From the IMG/VR virus record IMGVR_UViG_3300047496_000213, positions 17,817 to 81,816 of that record: a DNA stretch of 64,000 bases. One strand, written 5' to 3'. This DNA comes from a virus. This document shows, in pieces, positions 38,961-48,776 of the stretch. The notes under the pieces were generated by a model. It was not told the DNA's origin. It ran no database searches and worked only from the letters and a program-made list of their open reading frames with translations. The position numbers and the translations under genes were made by a program. How positions within the stretch are numbered: the first letter of the stretch is position 1; each line of letters begins with the position of its first letter.

Positions 38961-39374
38961 ATGCCCCGACGCTCGTCTAATGTTCCTGTTATCAGTGAAA
39001 CGAATGATGCCGTATTTTACGTCGTTCGGTTCATTGATGATGTATGGGATAGTGAATCCGAGATAGCCAATTATGCAGACGCGCTGGAAAAACAAGCTGC
39101 TGGCAAAAATCCATGGTTTCCAGCCAAAATTTCTCGGGTATTTGTAGAAAATGATATTAGAAAGATTGAATTCCAAAATGGATATGCTCAACAAGACAAT
39201 GATCGATCATTTCGTTTTGCTGAAATGTTCGTCAACTTTAAACAATTAAAGAAAATGTCATTCGGAGCAATTTTCCGAAATCTTTATTTTTTAAATTGGA
39301 AATTTTTACTATTACCATACCAGAACCACCACAAACCCTTGATGTATCATCTAAATCGTCATATCAAATCGTAG
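38961..39374 (+). CDS. Hypothetical protein inside the NAD cluster
   Basis: ORF with GAAGGA SD between pncB and pncA. Confidence 0.55.
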   Translation: MPRRSSNVPVISETNDAVFYVVRFIDDVWDSESEIANYADALEKQAAGKNPWFPAKISRVFVENDIRKIEFQNGYAQQDNDRSFRFAEMFVNFKQLKKMSFGAIFRNLYFLNWKFLLLPYQNHHKPLMYHLNRHIKS

Positions 39375-39409
39375 ATCAACAAAAACTATTAAGTTAAGGA
39401 AAAAAGAAA

Positions 39410-40048
39410 ATGAAAACTGAAATTAAAGAAAACGATATTCTACTCATTATCGATCCGCAAATTGATTTTTGCGAAGGTGGAAATCTGGCGGTGATTGGCG
39501 GCAATGCTATCATGTCGCTTATTGTGAAGATCGCTAAGAAATTCAAGAATGTGATCATCACTCAGGATTGGCACCCGGCGAATGCCAAGCAATTTGCAAC
39601 AAACAATCCGGGTTCTACCGCGTTTTCGGTTCTCGAAAACTTTTATGGTCCTGGCACTGTGCAAGTTCTCTGGCCTCCGCATTGTATTCAAGGCTCTAAG
39701 GGCGCCGATTTCCATAAGATTCTGAACGCGGTTGTTCGCAAGGCGCAAGCTATCATTCGTAAGGGATATGATCCTGACATTGATAGTCACTCGGCTTTCT
39801 TTGCCAATGACAAGAAGACGTCTACTGGTCTTGACGGCTACATTCGCAGTCGTGGTCTCACCGGTCGAATTTATATTGTCGGTCTGGCGTTTGATTATTG
39901 TGTTGGATATTCCGCGATTGATGCTCGCAATCTCGGATACGAAGTCACGGTGATCAAAAATGCTACGGCTTCGATTGCTCCGGAAACTGAAGCGGAAACG
40001 TTGAAGAAGTTCGCGGAACTTGGTATCGAAGTTATCGATTGGGAATAA
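39410..40048 (+). CDS. pncA: Nicotinamidase/pyrazinamidase
   Basis: IDPQIDFC.GG.LAV, TQDWHP, WPPHCIQG..GA, RKG.D..IDS.SAF, GLAFDYCV. Confidence 0.93.
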   Translation: MKTEIKENDILLIIDPQIDFCEGGNLAVIGGNAIMSLIVKIAKKFKNVIITQDWHPANAKQFATNNPGSTAFSVLENFYGPGTVQVLWPPHCIQGSKGADFHKILNAVVRKAQAIIRKGYDPDIDSHSAFFANDKKTSTGLDGYIRSRGLTGRIYIVGLAFDYCVGYSAIDARNLGYEVTVIKNATASIAPETEAETLKKFAELGIEVIDWE

Positions 40049-40440
40049 AAAACGTGAAAAAGCCAGTTTCAAAGAATTATCTCTATAAATATTATGAGAA
40101 AGAAACTTTTAGATTGACAAACATACCATACATGACGTTTATTCCAGAAAACGATCTCCTTCATACAACACCTCAATTTAAGTTTTATGAACTATGGAGA
40201 ACTCGTGCTGATTTCATAGAATTGGAAATGAACTACAATTATGATCGTTATGTAATGCGTAATAAATCTCAAGAAAAAAGAGATGAAATTGAAGAATATT
40301 ATGCAAATAAAGTTAAGAAGTGGAAAATGAAAATTGGTACAACTGATGAAATGAAGAAGCAATTCGTTATTTATAAAATGTTCGAGGGAAGATCAGCGGC
40401 AGGTAATGCCGTTCTTGAGCAGGATGCTAAAGATGTTTGA
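40039..40440 (+). CDS. Hypothetical protein inside the NAD cluster
   Basis: ORF between pncA and nadE; contains FVIYKMF. Confidence 0.55.
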   Translation: MGIKNVKKPVSKNYLYKYYEKETFRLTNIPYMTFIPENDLLHTTPQFKFYELWRTRADFIELEMNYNYDRYVMRNKSQEKRDEIEEYYANKVKKWKMKIGTTDEMKKQFVIYKMFEGRSAAGNAVLEQDAKDV

Positions 40441-40596
40441 TAGCGGAGAAAATAGTCCAGAATGTTTCCACTGCGGCGATGCAGTCTGTGGAGGAAAAGA
40501 ACGTGGTTGTGATGATTATTGGCTCTACCAGCTAATAAATCGTTGGAATATATTCAAATCAAGAGTATGGTTATTTTTAAAGAAAAGAGGGATGTA

Positions 40597-42435
40597 ATGA
40601 CAAAAATTGCAATTCTACAACTTAATCCCATTGTGGGAGACCTTGCCGCGAACAAGGAGATGATTCTTGCATCTTATATTGAAGCAGCCAATTCCGGAGC
40701 CGATCTAGCAATTGCACCTGAATGTGTGCTGACCGGCTATCCAATTGAAGACCTAGTTCTTCGGTATTCGTTTATTACAGCGGCCCAAAAATTTTCTGAT
40801 GAATTGTGCCAAGATGTTCTTGATAGTGGCTATTCAACTACTTTGATTTTCGGAACACCTCTTACGAGCGGAGATATCCGTAATCGGTTCAATGCAGCAA
40901 TTCTCATCGATCCACTTTCCAAGTCTTCGCCGGTCGATCCTCTGAATTTCTATCAAAGACAAACCGTCTACAAATATGAATTGCCGAACTATGGTGTATT
41001 CGATGAAAAGCGGGTCTTTCAACCCGGTCCACATTCACCATATACTGTTAGTTGGCGTGGGTATGTACTTGGTCTGATGATCTGTGAAGATTGTTGGTTT
41101 CCGGCTGTCACTCGTGAACTGTATGATCAGGGCGCCACAATACTGATCGCTATTAACGGTTCTCCTTTCGAATCTGGGAAGAATCTTACTCGTCAAACGG
41201 TTGTAGCTGACCGTATCAAAGAAACCGGCTTACCCTTCGTATACGTCAATTTGGTTGGCGGACAAGATGAACTGGTTTTTGATGGTGGTTCTTTTGTGTA
41301 TGATGGAAAACGGATCAATCAATTTCCATTCTTTGAAGAAGGAAATTTCTATTTTGATATCGAATTAGTTAAAGACACTCGCCGTTCGGACGGCGAACGC
41401 CTAATATTTCGTGATGATGGAATTTCGGTGGGTTGGATTAATCCTCCCATTCCTTTAGTCACGCTGGACAACTATATCTTTAGCGAACCATCTGGAATTG
41501 GCTCTATCTATAGAGCAACTGTTCTTGGAACACGAGATTACATGAGAAAGCAAGGCTTCAAGTCTGCTGTTATTGGTATGAGTGGTGGTATAGATAGTGC
41601 TATTGTGGCGGGGATTGCTTGTGATGCCATCGGGCCGGAAAACGTCCACCTTGTCCGATTGCCATCGAAATATTCCTCTCAACATTCTTTAGATGACGCC
41701 TCAACGGCCACTGACAGGCTTGGCGCGTTGATGCGGACCATCACTATAGAACCGGTCGTAGATGCCCTCAGAGAGGCTTATGCGAACTCCTCAGACCATG
41801 GTTATTATCCGGAGTTCAATACCTATGATGGGGGCAATATCCCTACCAAAATTCGTAAATTGGCTGGCATTGCCGATGAAAACATTCAAGCGCGTGCTCG
41901 TGGAACTATTTTAATGGCTATCTCAAATCAAGAGGGCCATTTGCTTTTAACTACGGGCAATCGTTCTGAAGTGTCGGTTGGATATTCCACCCTTTATGGA
42001 GATATGAGTGGGGGTTTCAATCCAATTAAGGATTGCTATAAAACTACGGTTTGGGACCTTTGCCGCTGGCGCAATAATCTGACCACATTGGAATTGCATG
42101 ATTATAATTTTCTTGGCCATGCAGTTGATGTGGTTCCCGAAAGTATTATAGTAAAACCTCCATCGGCTGAACTTCGTCCTGATCAAAAAGACGAAGATAG
42201 TCTTCCTGCTTATCCGATTTTGGATGCTATTCTTAGTGGTATTCTTGACCAAGAACTTAGTTCGAAAGAAATTTCAGCAAATCTCAATTTAGACATCAAT
42301 ACAGTACAAAGGATTCGCAATTTGGTCGATCAAGCAGAATATAAGCGGAGACAAGCTGCGCCTGGAATCAAAATCAGTGGGAAGTTGTTTGGTCGTGAGC
42401 GTCGGTATCCTATTGTTAATAAATGGCGAGATTGA
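40597..42435 (+). CDS. nadE: Glutamine-dependent NAD+ synthetase
   Basis: Nitrilase domain (QLNPIVGD, PE, KYELPNYGVFDEKR, ICED) plus synthetase domain (SGGIDS, ENIQARARG, GYSTLYGD, PSAEL..DQ.D, EYKRRQ); start at MTKIA. Confidence 0.93.
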   Translation: MTKIAILQLNPIVGDLAANKEMILASYIEAANSGADLAIAPECVLTGYPIEDLVLRYSFITAAQKFSDELCQDVLDSGYSTTLIFGTPLTSGDIRNRFNAAILIDPLSKSSPVDPLNFYQRQTVYKYELPNYGVFDEKRVFQPGPHSPYTVSWRGYVLGLMICEDCWFPAVTRELYDQGATILIAINGSPFESGKNLTRQTVVADRIKETGLPFVYVNLVGGQDELVFDGGSFVYDGKRINQFPFFEEGNFYFDIELVKDTRRSDGERLIFRDDGISVGWINPPIPLVTLDNYIFSEPSGIGSIYRATVLGTRDYMRKQGFKSAVIGMSGGIDSAIVAGIACDAIGPENVHLVRLPSKYSSQHSLDDASTATDRLGALMRTITIEPVVDALREAYANSSDHGYYPEFNTYDGGNIPTKIRKLAGIADENIQARARGTILMAISNQEGHLLLTTGNRSEVSVGYSTLYGDMSGGFNPIKDCYKTTVWDLCRWRNNLTTLELHDYNFLGHAVDVVPESIIVKPPSAELRPDQKDEDSLPAYPILDAILSGILDQELSSKEISANLNLDINTVQRIRNLVDQAEYKRRQAAPGIKISGKLFGRERRYPIVNKWRD

Positions 42436-42515
42436 AGAATGCGAACGTATTCGGTTGAATCAGGAGATGCCAGACCTTTGGTTTGTGTTTGAGGACTACA
42501 ACGATTTTTTCATGT

Positions 42516-44351
42516 TTAAGATGATGTATTAGGGCTTGATGATTTATTTTCAATACGATCAATTATATGTTTACAGTATTTTGTAAAATAGCTTTTTTCA
42601 AAATTTTTCATAAATTCTATTAGTTTTGGTTTTAGTATTAAAATAGATTCTAATATCTTATCATTTGGAAAATCTCTAAAATAAGTGTCTATATAATTAT
42701 AAAATTCTACGTCATCTATACTATTTATACACGCTTCAAATGATTCATTTGGATACAAAGAACATAAGTAACTTGAAAGAAAATGACCGAATTGAATACG
42801 GAATTCCCTATCATTAACCTGAAACATCAACCATTTCGTTAGTTTTACTGCTCGTTCTGGTGTCATAATTTCTATTTGGACATGCCTGCCAAGAGACAAA
42901 TATATGTTGACAAAATAATGAATATTGATATCGAATAGATAGACGGCAGCTTTCGGCATTTGCCTAATAAAGTAGTAAGAAAACACATCATATCTAGCTG
43001 GATTTAATCTTATTCCTTCAATAACTTCATCTTCTGTAAATTGAATATGTCGAATAGTATAACTATTAGGATAATTTTCTGAAGTACCGATGGCGTTTAT
43101 AATTATTTTTCTAATTTCTGGAGTTGAACTAAAATCTAAATAAGGGGTAGCCTCAACTAAAGATGATATTTGCTCTGTTTTTGCACTCTTAAATAATTGA
43201 GTTAGTTCTTCCTCATCTAATGGTATGCAAGATATAAAATTCCGATCATAATTTAAAATAATTGAAATATAGTTTTTCTTAAAATAATCTTTAACATAAT
43301 CTGGCATTTTCTCCCAATTCCAATTGTATACATCAGGAAACTTTTCCATTAATGCGAGTATTTCTTCTATTGTTAATTTTCCAGCATTAACAAATTTCAT
43401 AAAAAAGTTAGGATTTTTCTCAACAAACGTAAAACTATTTGATGGTTTTGGGTTTATATTACGAATAGTCTCTAAAGGTTTAATACCTTTTATACTGAAA
43501 AATACTGCTTGAGTAGGCTCGTTAACATGAATTATGCCTTCATCGGCTCTATCTACGGCTCCCTCATATCCTAACATTCGAAACAATTTTGCCCATTGAA
43601 CGATATGATTGGTTTTCAATCCTTCAGACAAAATAGATTTTTTTGAAGTAAATCCTTCATAATACTCGTCTTCTTCGTCATTTGTATTTTCATAAGGATC
43701 GAAATGATTATCTACTGTGTTTTCTTGCGTATTGTTAATTATATTTTCCATGAAGAAAGCGGCGACGCGCGTAATATTCCAAATCATTCCTCCATATGTT
43801 TGAACTAATGCGCGTTTAGAAATCTTTATAGGATCAAAAACCGGAATATTGTCAGCATATTTCAAGCCCATATTTTTCAGTATATCAAAAATTTTAGCTA
43901 TATCAGAAGTCATATCACTTCGAGAATAATTTTCTAAATCCAACATTCTTCCGGTTTCTTGAAAGACTTGAAGATACGGCTCGTCGCCAGAAAAAGGTAC
44001 TTTACCATTATGCTCTAAAACATATTCAACTGGATAAGAATATATACCCAATGGGGTATTATCCCATGATGATTTAGGATTAATACCTAATTTCGCTCCT
44101 TTAGTATTTTTATCTTTAAAGCGAGATGGATCAATATATGTGTTCCCATATTGATGATTTTTCTGAAGATGTGTGTATTGGGCGTCTTCATGAGATTGTT
44201 TTCCTACATCTGTAGTATATGATACATATACATCTAAACGATTTTTATATTTTTGTAATTCTTCAAGGGCTGAACGTTTATAGTTAACGGAATTATTTCG
44301 TCTTAACTCCGTTAAGAATTTAGAACTTTCGAATAATTCAGACAAAAACAT
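42516..44351 (-). CDS. Large late protein with MFLSELFE leader and weak ART-like N-terminal domain
   Basis: TAAATA 4 nt before ATG; PLGIYSYP, GYEGAVD, EPTQAVFF; helical C-terminal half. Confidence 0.6.
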   Translation of the reverse strand: MFLSELFESSKFLTELRRNNSVNYKRSALEELQKYKNRLDVYVSYTTDVGKQSHEDAQYTHLQKNHQYGNTYIDPSRFKDKNTKGAKLGINPKSSWDNTPLGIYSYPVEYVLEHNGKVPFSGDEPYLQVFQETGRMLDLENYSRSDMTSDIAKIFDILKNMGLKYADNIPVFDPIKISKRALVQTYGGMIWNITRVAAFFMENIINNTQENTVDNHFDPYENTNDEEDEYYEGFTSKKSILSEGLKTNHIVQWAKLFRMLGYEGAVDRADEGIIHVNEPTQAVFFSIKGIKPLETIRNINPKPSNSFTFVEKNPNFFMKFVNAGKLTIEEILALMEKFPDVYNWNWEKMPDYVKDYFKKNYISIILNYDRNFISCIPLDEEELTQLFKSAKTEQISSLVEATPYLDFSSTPEIRKIIINAIGTSENYPNSYTIRHIQFTEDEVIEGIRLNPARYDVFSYYFIRQMPKAAVYLFDINIHYFVNIYLSLGRHVQIEIMTPERAVKLTKWLMFQVNDREFRIQFGHFLSSYLCSLYPNESFEACINSIDDVEFYNYIDTYFRDFPNDKILESILILKPKLIEFMKNFEKSYFTKYCKHIIDRIENKSSSPNTSS

Positions 44352-44417
44352 TATGTATTTATCTTGACTATATCATATAATTTGTTATCTTAATTTTAAG
44401 CTATTTGGTGATGGATT

Positions 44418-44651
44418 ATGACAAATGAAAAACTAAATGCTCTTGTGATGCATCTCATGAGTATCCTCGACTCTAATTCTAATATAGGAATTACCGCACG
44501 AGCTACCCCAGAAGCAATAGAGCTATTGAAGGGAAGTGATAGTCCCTTTGCTGGTTATGTAATATCTTGTCTTGTTGAAAACGATGAAGCTTCTCTTCAT
44601 TATGATGATTGGGTTAAAAGAACAATTACTCGTTCTTTTAAGGAAGATTGA
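44418..44651 (+). CDS. Hypothetical protein
   Basis: TTGACT promoter upstream. Confidence 0.6.
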   Translation: MTNEKLNALVMHLMSILDSNSNIGITARATPEAIELLKGSDSPFAGYVISCLVENDEASLHYDDWVKRTITRSFKED

Positions 44652-44656
44652 ATTTG

Positions 44657-46762
44657 TTACTTAAAATCTAAAACAAATTTTCGACTTCCGCAGTCATAAA
44701 TTCGATCATAACCTAATTGTTTCATGATTTCATGCCCTAGCATATTCTCTCCGTTTTCTACCAAATGTTGTATCTTATATTTTTGATATTTTTGACGGCT
44801 TTCTCTTTTTATTGCTTTATTTTGATTAAAATAGAAAAAACCAGCTTCAGATTTTTCAACTTCGGTAAAACCCATTTGTCTATAAAGATTACCTTTAGAC
44901 CACCTTCTATCAGCATATGTAATTATTTTTTCTGGAGAATAATCTCTGATAAACTCTTTCATTATTTTGGACGCTAATCCAGCATATGTTCTACCATCAG
45001 TAGAAAATCTATATATTTCAAATCCACTTTTATCATATCTTCCCTTTCCAAAAGTCATACTCCCAATCAAATTATTATTATGAAATGCTCCATAATTAAC
45101 AATTCCATATTGCCCCATTCCTTGAATATGAGTTTTTTCATAAAACCCTCGTGCCATATTTGACGGAATTTTGCGAATATCACATTTACGCGCTCCAACA
45201 CCTTTTTCTGATAATCCCAGTAAATGTTTTAGACGAGAGATAACGATTTCTTTTTTATAAAGCCATTCATCTTCAAATATAGTGATAAGCTGATAACCAG
45301 CGTCTTCTACCATATTAATTTTATTATAGTGATAATTTTTATCTTTCTTTTGATCTGAATGCCAATAAAGTCCACAAAATTCTATACCTATCTTTTTACT
45401 TTCTATTAAAATATCTATTTCTAATGGTTTTATTAACGTTCTATCAGACCCTTTATAATCAATTCCCCAAGTGTCAAGATACGCGCCGATTGCAGTTTCA
45501 TATGATGATCTTGGTCGTTTTATGCCATACTTATCACAATATTTTCTAACAGTATCATATCCCATTTTCAAATCAATTGAGGCATCTCTAATACTTGTTT
45601 TACACATATATTTTATGAATTCTTCTTTACTCTCTAAAAATTTACATAGTTCTAAAGAAAAATGTATTTGATTAAAATCTTTTCTTCCATATTTCCTAAA
45701 ATTGGTATCAAGTATTTTTCTTTTTACTTCTGGATTTTTAGCAGGATTAGAATATCCAGTTTTTTCAAAATACTCTTTTGTCATAGCTGCAAGTATCTCT
45801 GGATTTTCTAATGCTTTTTTTACACCATATTTCTCCAACAATGTTTCGGTAGCTTTATCTTGATACCTTTTAATTAAAAATGGATTAGATATACCTGTTT
45901 GTTTTTCGAAGGCGGCCCGAGCTATATGCGTAGTATGTTCCACTCCGTATTTTTCTATATTAGTAGTTTTTATTTGTTCTTTAATTTCTGGATCAGAAAG
46001 AGGGGAATAATATCCAGTTCTGTTAAACAACGTATTTTTGGCTTTCTCTTGAATTTCCTTAGACCCAAAAGGCGATTTTACGCCATGATTTTTTAGATTC
46101 GTATTTTCTATTTTTTCTCTAATTTCAGGAATAGCCATAATATTTGATGCACCATATTTGGTGAGCAAAGTTTGTTCAGCCTTTTTATTTATTTCTTTTC
46201 GTTGTTGCATAGAAAGCGTTGCGTGAAAATCTCGCATTTTTTCTTTTGAGGATTCTGATTTGATAGTTCCTATCTGACTCAATCCAATAGCCATATTGTG
46301 TTCTGCTGAGTTTGGACGGCCACGTTTTGATTTACCAATTTTGACTTTTGTTTCTTCACTTAAAACTCTACCTTCGCAATATTTGTTTCCAGTATTGGCT
46401 TTAGAAACAGCATCTCGCGTTTCCTGTGAAACATTATGTCCCATTTTAGATTTGGATATTTTATCACCTACACTTTTGACGATTAACGGAGCATCTGGAT
46501 ATTGTGCTCTATATTCAGATAAAGTCATATCATGTAATTTGACATGTCGTTCTGCAATTTGCTGGAAACGCTTCCCACACACCATACAAGAAATAGTGTC
46601 ATCTTCAGGTGGTTTATAATCTTCTGGAATAAGATAATCCTTACCCCTTCCGGTTATTTTAATTTCTAATCCGGGGCATTTTAAAGTTGTAGCAAGTTTT
46701 TTTGCTCGTGTAAAAGGAATACCGTTTAGAGCAGCCCATTCAGGTAAAGAAAGCTTTTTCAT
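44657..46762 (-). CDS. Multi-domain homing-endonuclease-like protein (Zn finger, NUMOD3-like and EKYG repeats, PD-(D/E)xK nuclease, Mom/GNAT-like C-terminus)
   Basis: CMVC..H..H; repeats; EIDI...IEFCGLYWH...FEDEW; YRF, ITYADRRWS.GNLY..GF, RIYDCG. Start moved to MKKLS after TATAAATA. Confidence 0.75.
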   Translation of the reverse strand: MKKLSLPEWAALNGIPFTRAKKLATTLKCPGLEIKITGRGKDYLIPEDYKPPEDDTISCMVCGKRFQQIAERHVKLHDMTLSEYRAQYPDAPLIVKSVGDKISKSKMGHNVSQETRDAVSKANTGNKYCEGRVLSEETKVKIGKSKRGRPNSAEHNMAIGLSQIGTIKSESSKEKMRDFHATLSMQQRKEINKKAEQTLLTKYGASNIMAIPEIREKIENTNLKNHGVKSPFGSKEIQEKAKNTLFNRTGYYSPLSDPEIKEQIKTTNIEKYGVEHTTHIARAAFEKQTGISNPFLIKRYQDKATETLLEKYGVKKALENPEILAAMTKEYFEKTGYSNPAKNPEVKRKILDTNFRKYGRKDFNQIHFSLELCKFLESKEEFIKYMCKTSIRDASIDLKMGYDTVRKYCDKYGIKRPRSSYETAIGAYLDTWGIDYKGSDRTLIKPLEIDILIESKKIGIEFCGLYWHSDQKKDKNYHYNKINMVEDAGYQLITIFEDEWLYKKEIVISRLKHLLGLSEKGVGARKCDIRKIPSNMARGFYEKTHIQGMGQYGIVNYGAFHNNNLIGSMTFGKGRYDKSGFEIYRFSTDGRTYAGLASKIMKEFIRDYSPEKIITYADRRWSKGNLYRQMGFTEVEKSEAGFFYFNQNKAIKRESRQKYQKYKIQHLVENGENMLGHEIMKQLGYDRIYDCGSRKFVLDFK

Positions 46763-46777
46763 ACCTTTATTTATATC

Positions 46778-47470
46778 ATGTACGAGTATATTAGAATAAA
46801 AAACAAAAATTATCATAAGAAAAAAATGGAAGAATGTAATGAATTAGGCATTCAGTTATTGATGATAAACGAAGACGAATGGAATGAACGACCAAATATA
46901 ATAAAAAATAAAATTCTAAATCTATGTGGATTATCTGAAAAAGGTAGTGGTGCTAGAAAACTTATAGTAAAACAAATTCCAAATTCAGAAGCACGACAAT
47001 TTCTTGAAATATTTCATATTCAAGGAAAACCAACATGTTCTCTATCAATAGGAGCATTTGAATGTGATAAATTAGTATCCGTTATGACGTTTTTTCCGCA
47101 ACGGGGAACAAATATGATGGAATTAAATCGTTTTGCTACTAATGGTAAAATATTTGCAGGAATATTTAGTAAAATGTTAAAATATTCTCGTCAGTTTATT
47201 TCAAAGCAAATAGTAACATTTGCTGATTTAAGATATAGTAATGGTAATCTATATGAAAAAACTGGATTTAAAAAAATAACAATTATACGAGCAGATTATC
47301 GTTACAGTAAAAGAATGAAAACATATCATAAAAGAAGTTTTACTAAAAATAGAATAGCTAAAAAATTTGGAATTGATATGTCTAACAGAACTGAAAAAGA
47401 AACTATGGCATCTCTTGGATACTATCGAATATATGATTGTGGTAAAATAAAATATATTTTAGATAACTAA
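46778..47470 (+). pseudogene. C-terminal fragment of the same endonuclease family (Mom/GNAT-like domain only)
   Basis: Begins mid-domain (NYHKKKM...LMINEDEW); contains ELNRFA, VTFADLRYS.GNLY, RIYDCG. Confidence 0.6.
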
Positions 47471-47471
47471 C

Positions 47472-47499
47472 AAAAAATGGCGGGTTTCCCCGCCATTTT
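47472..47499. terminator. Bidirectional terminator downstream of the capsid gene
   Basis: AAAAAATGGCGGG-TTTC-CCCGCCATTTT. Confidence 0.8.
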
Positions 47500-47542
47500 A
47501 AGTATAATCACTCAACTCTTTACTATATTTTCAAGTATAGAA

Positions 47543-48757
47543 TTAAATAAAGCTCAACGTTGTGGTATCAATACTTACAAGACCGAGGAAATCCGCTGCG
47601 TTTCCGAGAGAGCTGGAAGTGTTGCTCAATTCGATGTAGCCGTATCTAGTAAGGAACGACACAACTGGCTCGAAGGTGTTAGGATCGATAACAATTCCGG
47701 AAGAAGTCAGAGGAACGTAAGGGCAGTAGAAGGCTGCTGCATCCATTTCGTTGCCTTTGTATCCAATGAGAACTGGCGTACCATCAGAAGCATACTGGTC
47801 AACATAAACGCGCATAGCGTTGTTCAGAGTTCCAACAAACTTGGTGTTAGTTGGAGCTTCGAAAACACCTTCGGTGGTGCGAGCAAATGCCGAAGTCGTA
47901 GCTGATTGCAAAATCGTAAGAGCAGTTGGGGAAACAACGACCCAGTTACCAGCACCACGACGGGTACGGGAAGCAATCAGGTTTGCTTGACGGTTGATCA
48001 AGATAGCAAGAGCAGCGTGAACGTCGCCAACGAAGGTTGGTGTACCGGTTACGGTGTCTTGTTTGAAAATCGAAGTAGCTGCGCCTGGAAGAGCACGCAG
48101 GGAGACCAAGATTTCCTGATCGATTTCTGCGGTGATTTCTTGAGCCAGAGCGGCCATGATTTCAGCTTCAATGTCAATACCTTGTTGAGCTTGAGCATCT
48201 TGGGCCGCTTCGAAAGTCCAGCGAGCCGACAGCTTACGCGTCTTGGCTTCTACGACTTCCTTCAGGATTTGAATGCTCAAACGGTTACCAGGAAGACCTT
48301 CTAACGAAGGCGTTGCGGCACCCTTTGGAGTAGTAACATTTTGGTTACCAGAGTAGAAACGAGCAATATCGAAAGGAGACAATGCTTCAGTACCAGCAGA
48401 AACACCACCACCAGCGGTTGGAATAGTATCCGCATAACGGACACGCAGGGTGTGGATTTGTGCAACTGGCCCAGTCATTGGCTGCACGCCGATGATTTCG
48501 TTTGCGATAACCGTTGGCATGACACGACGAATTACTGGCAGGATGACCTTGTTAAGGGTAGCAACGCTGGCAGCATTGGTGGCACCGGAAGTAGCCGATT
48601 CCATCAATCGCAGTTCACGACGAGTATTTTCAAGAACAGTTTCCATGACCTTTTGTTTGGTCGAGTTTGGTGAACCGTCTGCATTCTTCTTTAGGTCTGC
48701 GCCTTCACACAGAGCCTTCTTGGTGGCTTGCCACTGAGATTCAAAAAGTTTATTCAT
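47543..48757 (-). CDS. Major capsid protein (T4 gp23-like)
   Basis: IIGVQPMTGP..QI..LR, AKTRKL.A.WT.E.AQD, EI..EIDQE, RRGAGN, YCPYVPL, DP.TFEP...F.TRYG. Confidence 0.95.
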   Translation of the reverse strand: MNKLFESQWQATKKALCEGADLKKNADGSPNSTKQKVMETVLENTRRELRLMESATSGATNAASVATLNKVILPVIRRVMPTVIANEIIGVQPMTGPVAQIHTLRVRYADTIPTAGGGVSAGTEALSPFDIARFYSGNQNVTTPKGAATPSLEGLPGNRLSIQILKEVVEAKTRKLSARWTFEAAQDAQAQQGIDIEAEIMAALAQEITAEIDQEILVSLRALPGAATSIFKQDTVTGTPTFVGDVHAALAILINRQANLIASRTRRGAGNWVVVSPTALTILQSATTSAFARTTEGVFEAPTNTKFVGTLNNAMRVYVDQYASDGTPVLIGYKGNEMDAAAFYCPYVPLTSSGIVIDPNTFEPVVSFLTRYGYIELSNTSSSLGNAADFLGLVSIDTTTLSFI

Positions 48758-48776
48758 TTTGATAGTCTCCTATTTC

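Noticed and set aside
36269-42435. NAD cluster as host chromosomal contamination or a canonical NARP1/NARP2
   Set aside because: It is flanked and interleaved by phage-type genes and promoters. The phosphoribosyltransferase has PncB rather than Nampt motifs and is accompanied by PncA and NadE; no Prs-like Adps is seen.
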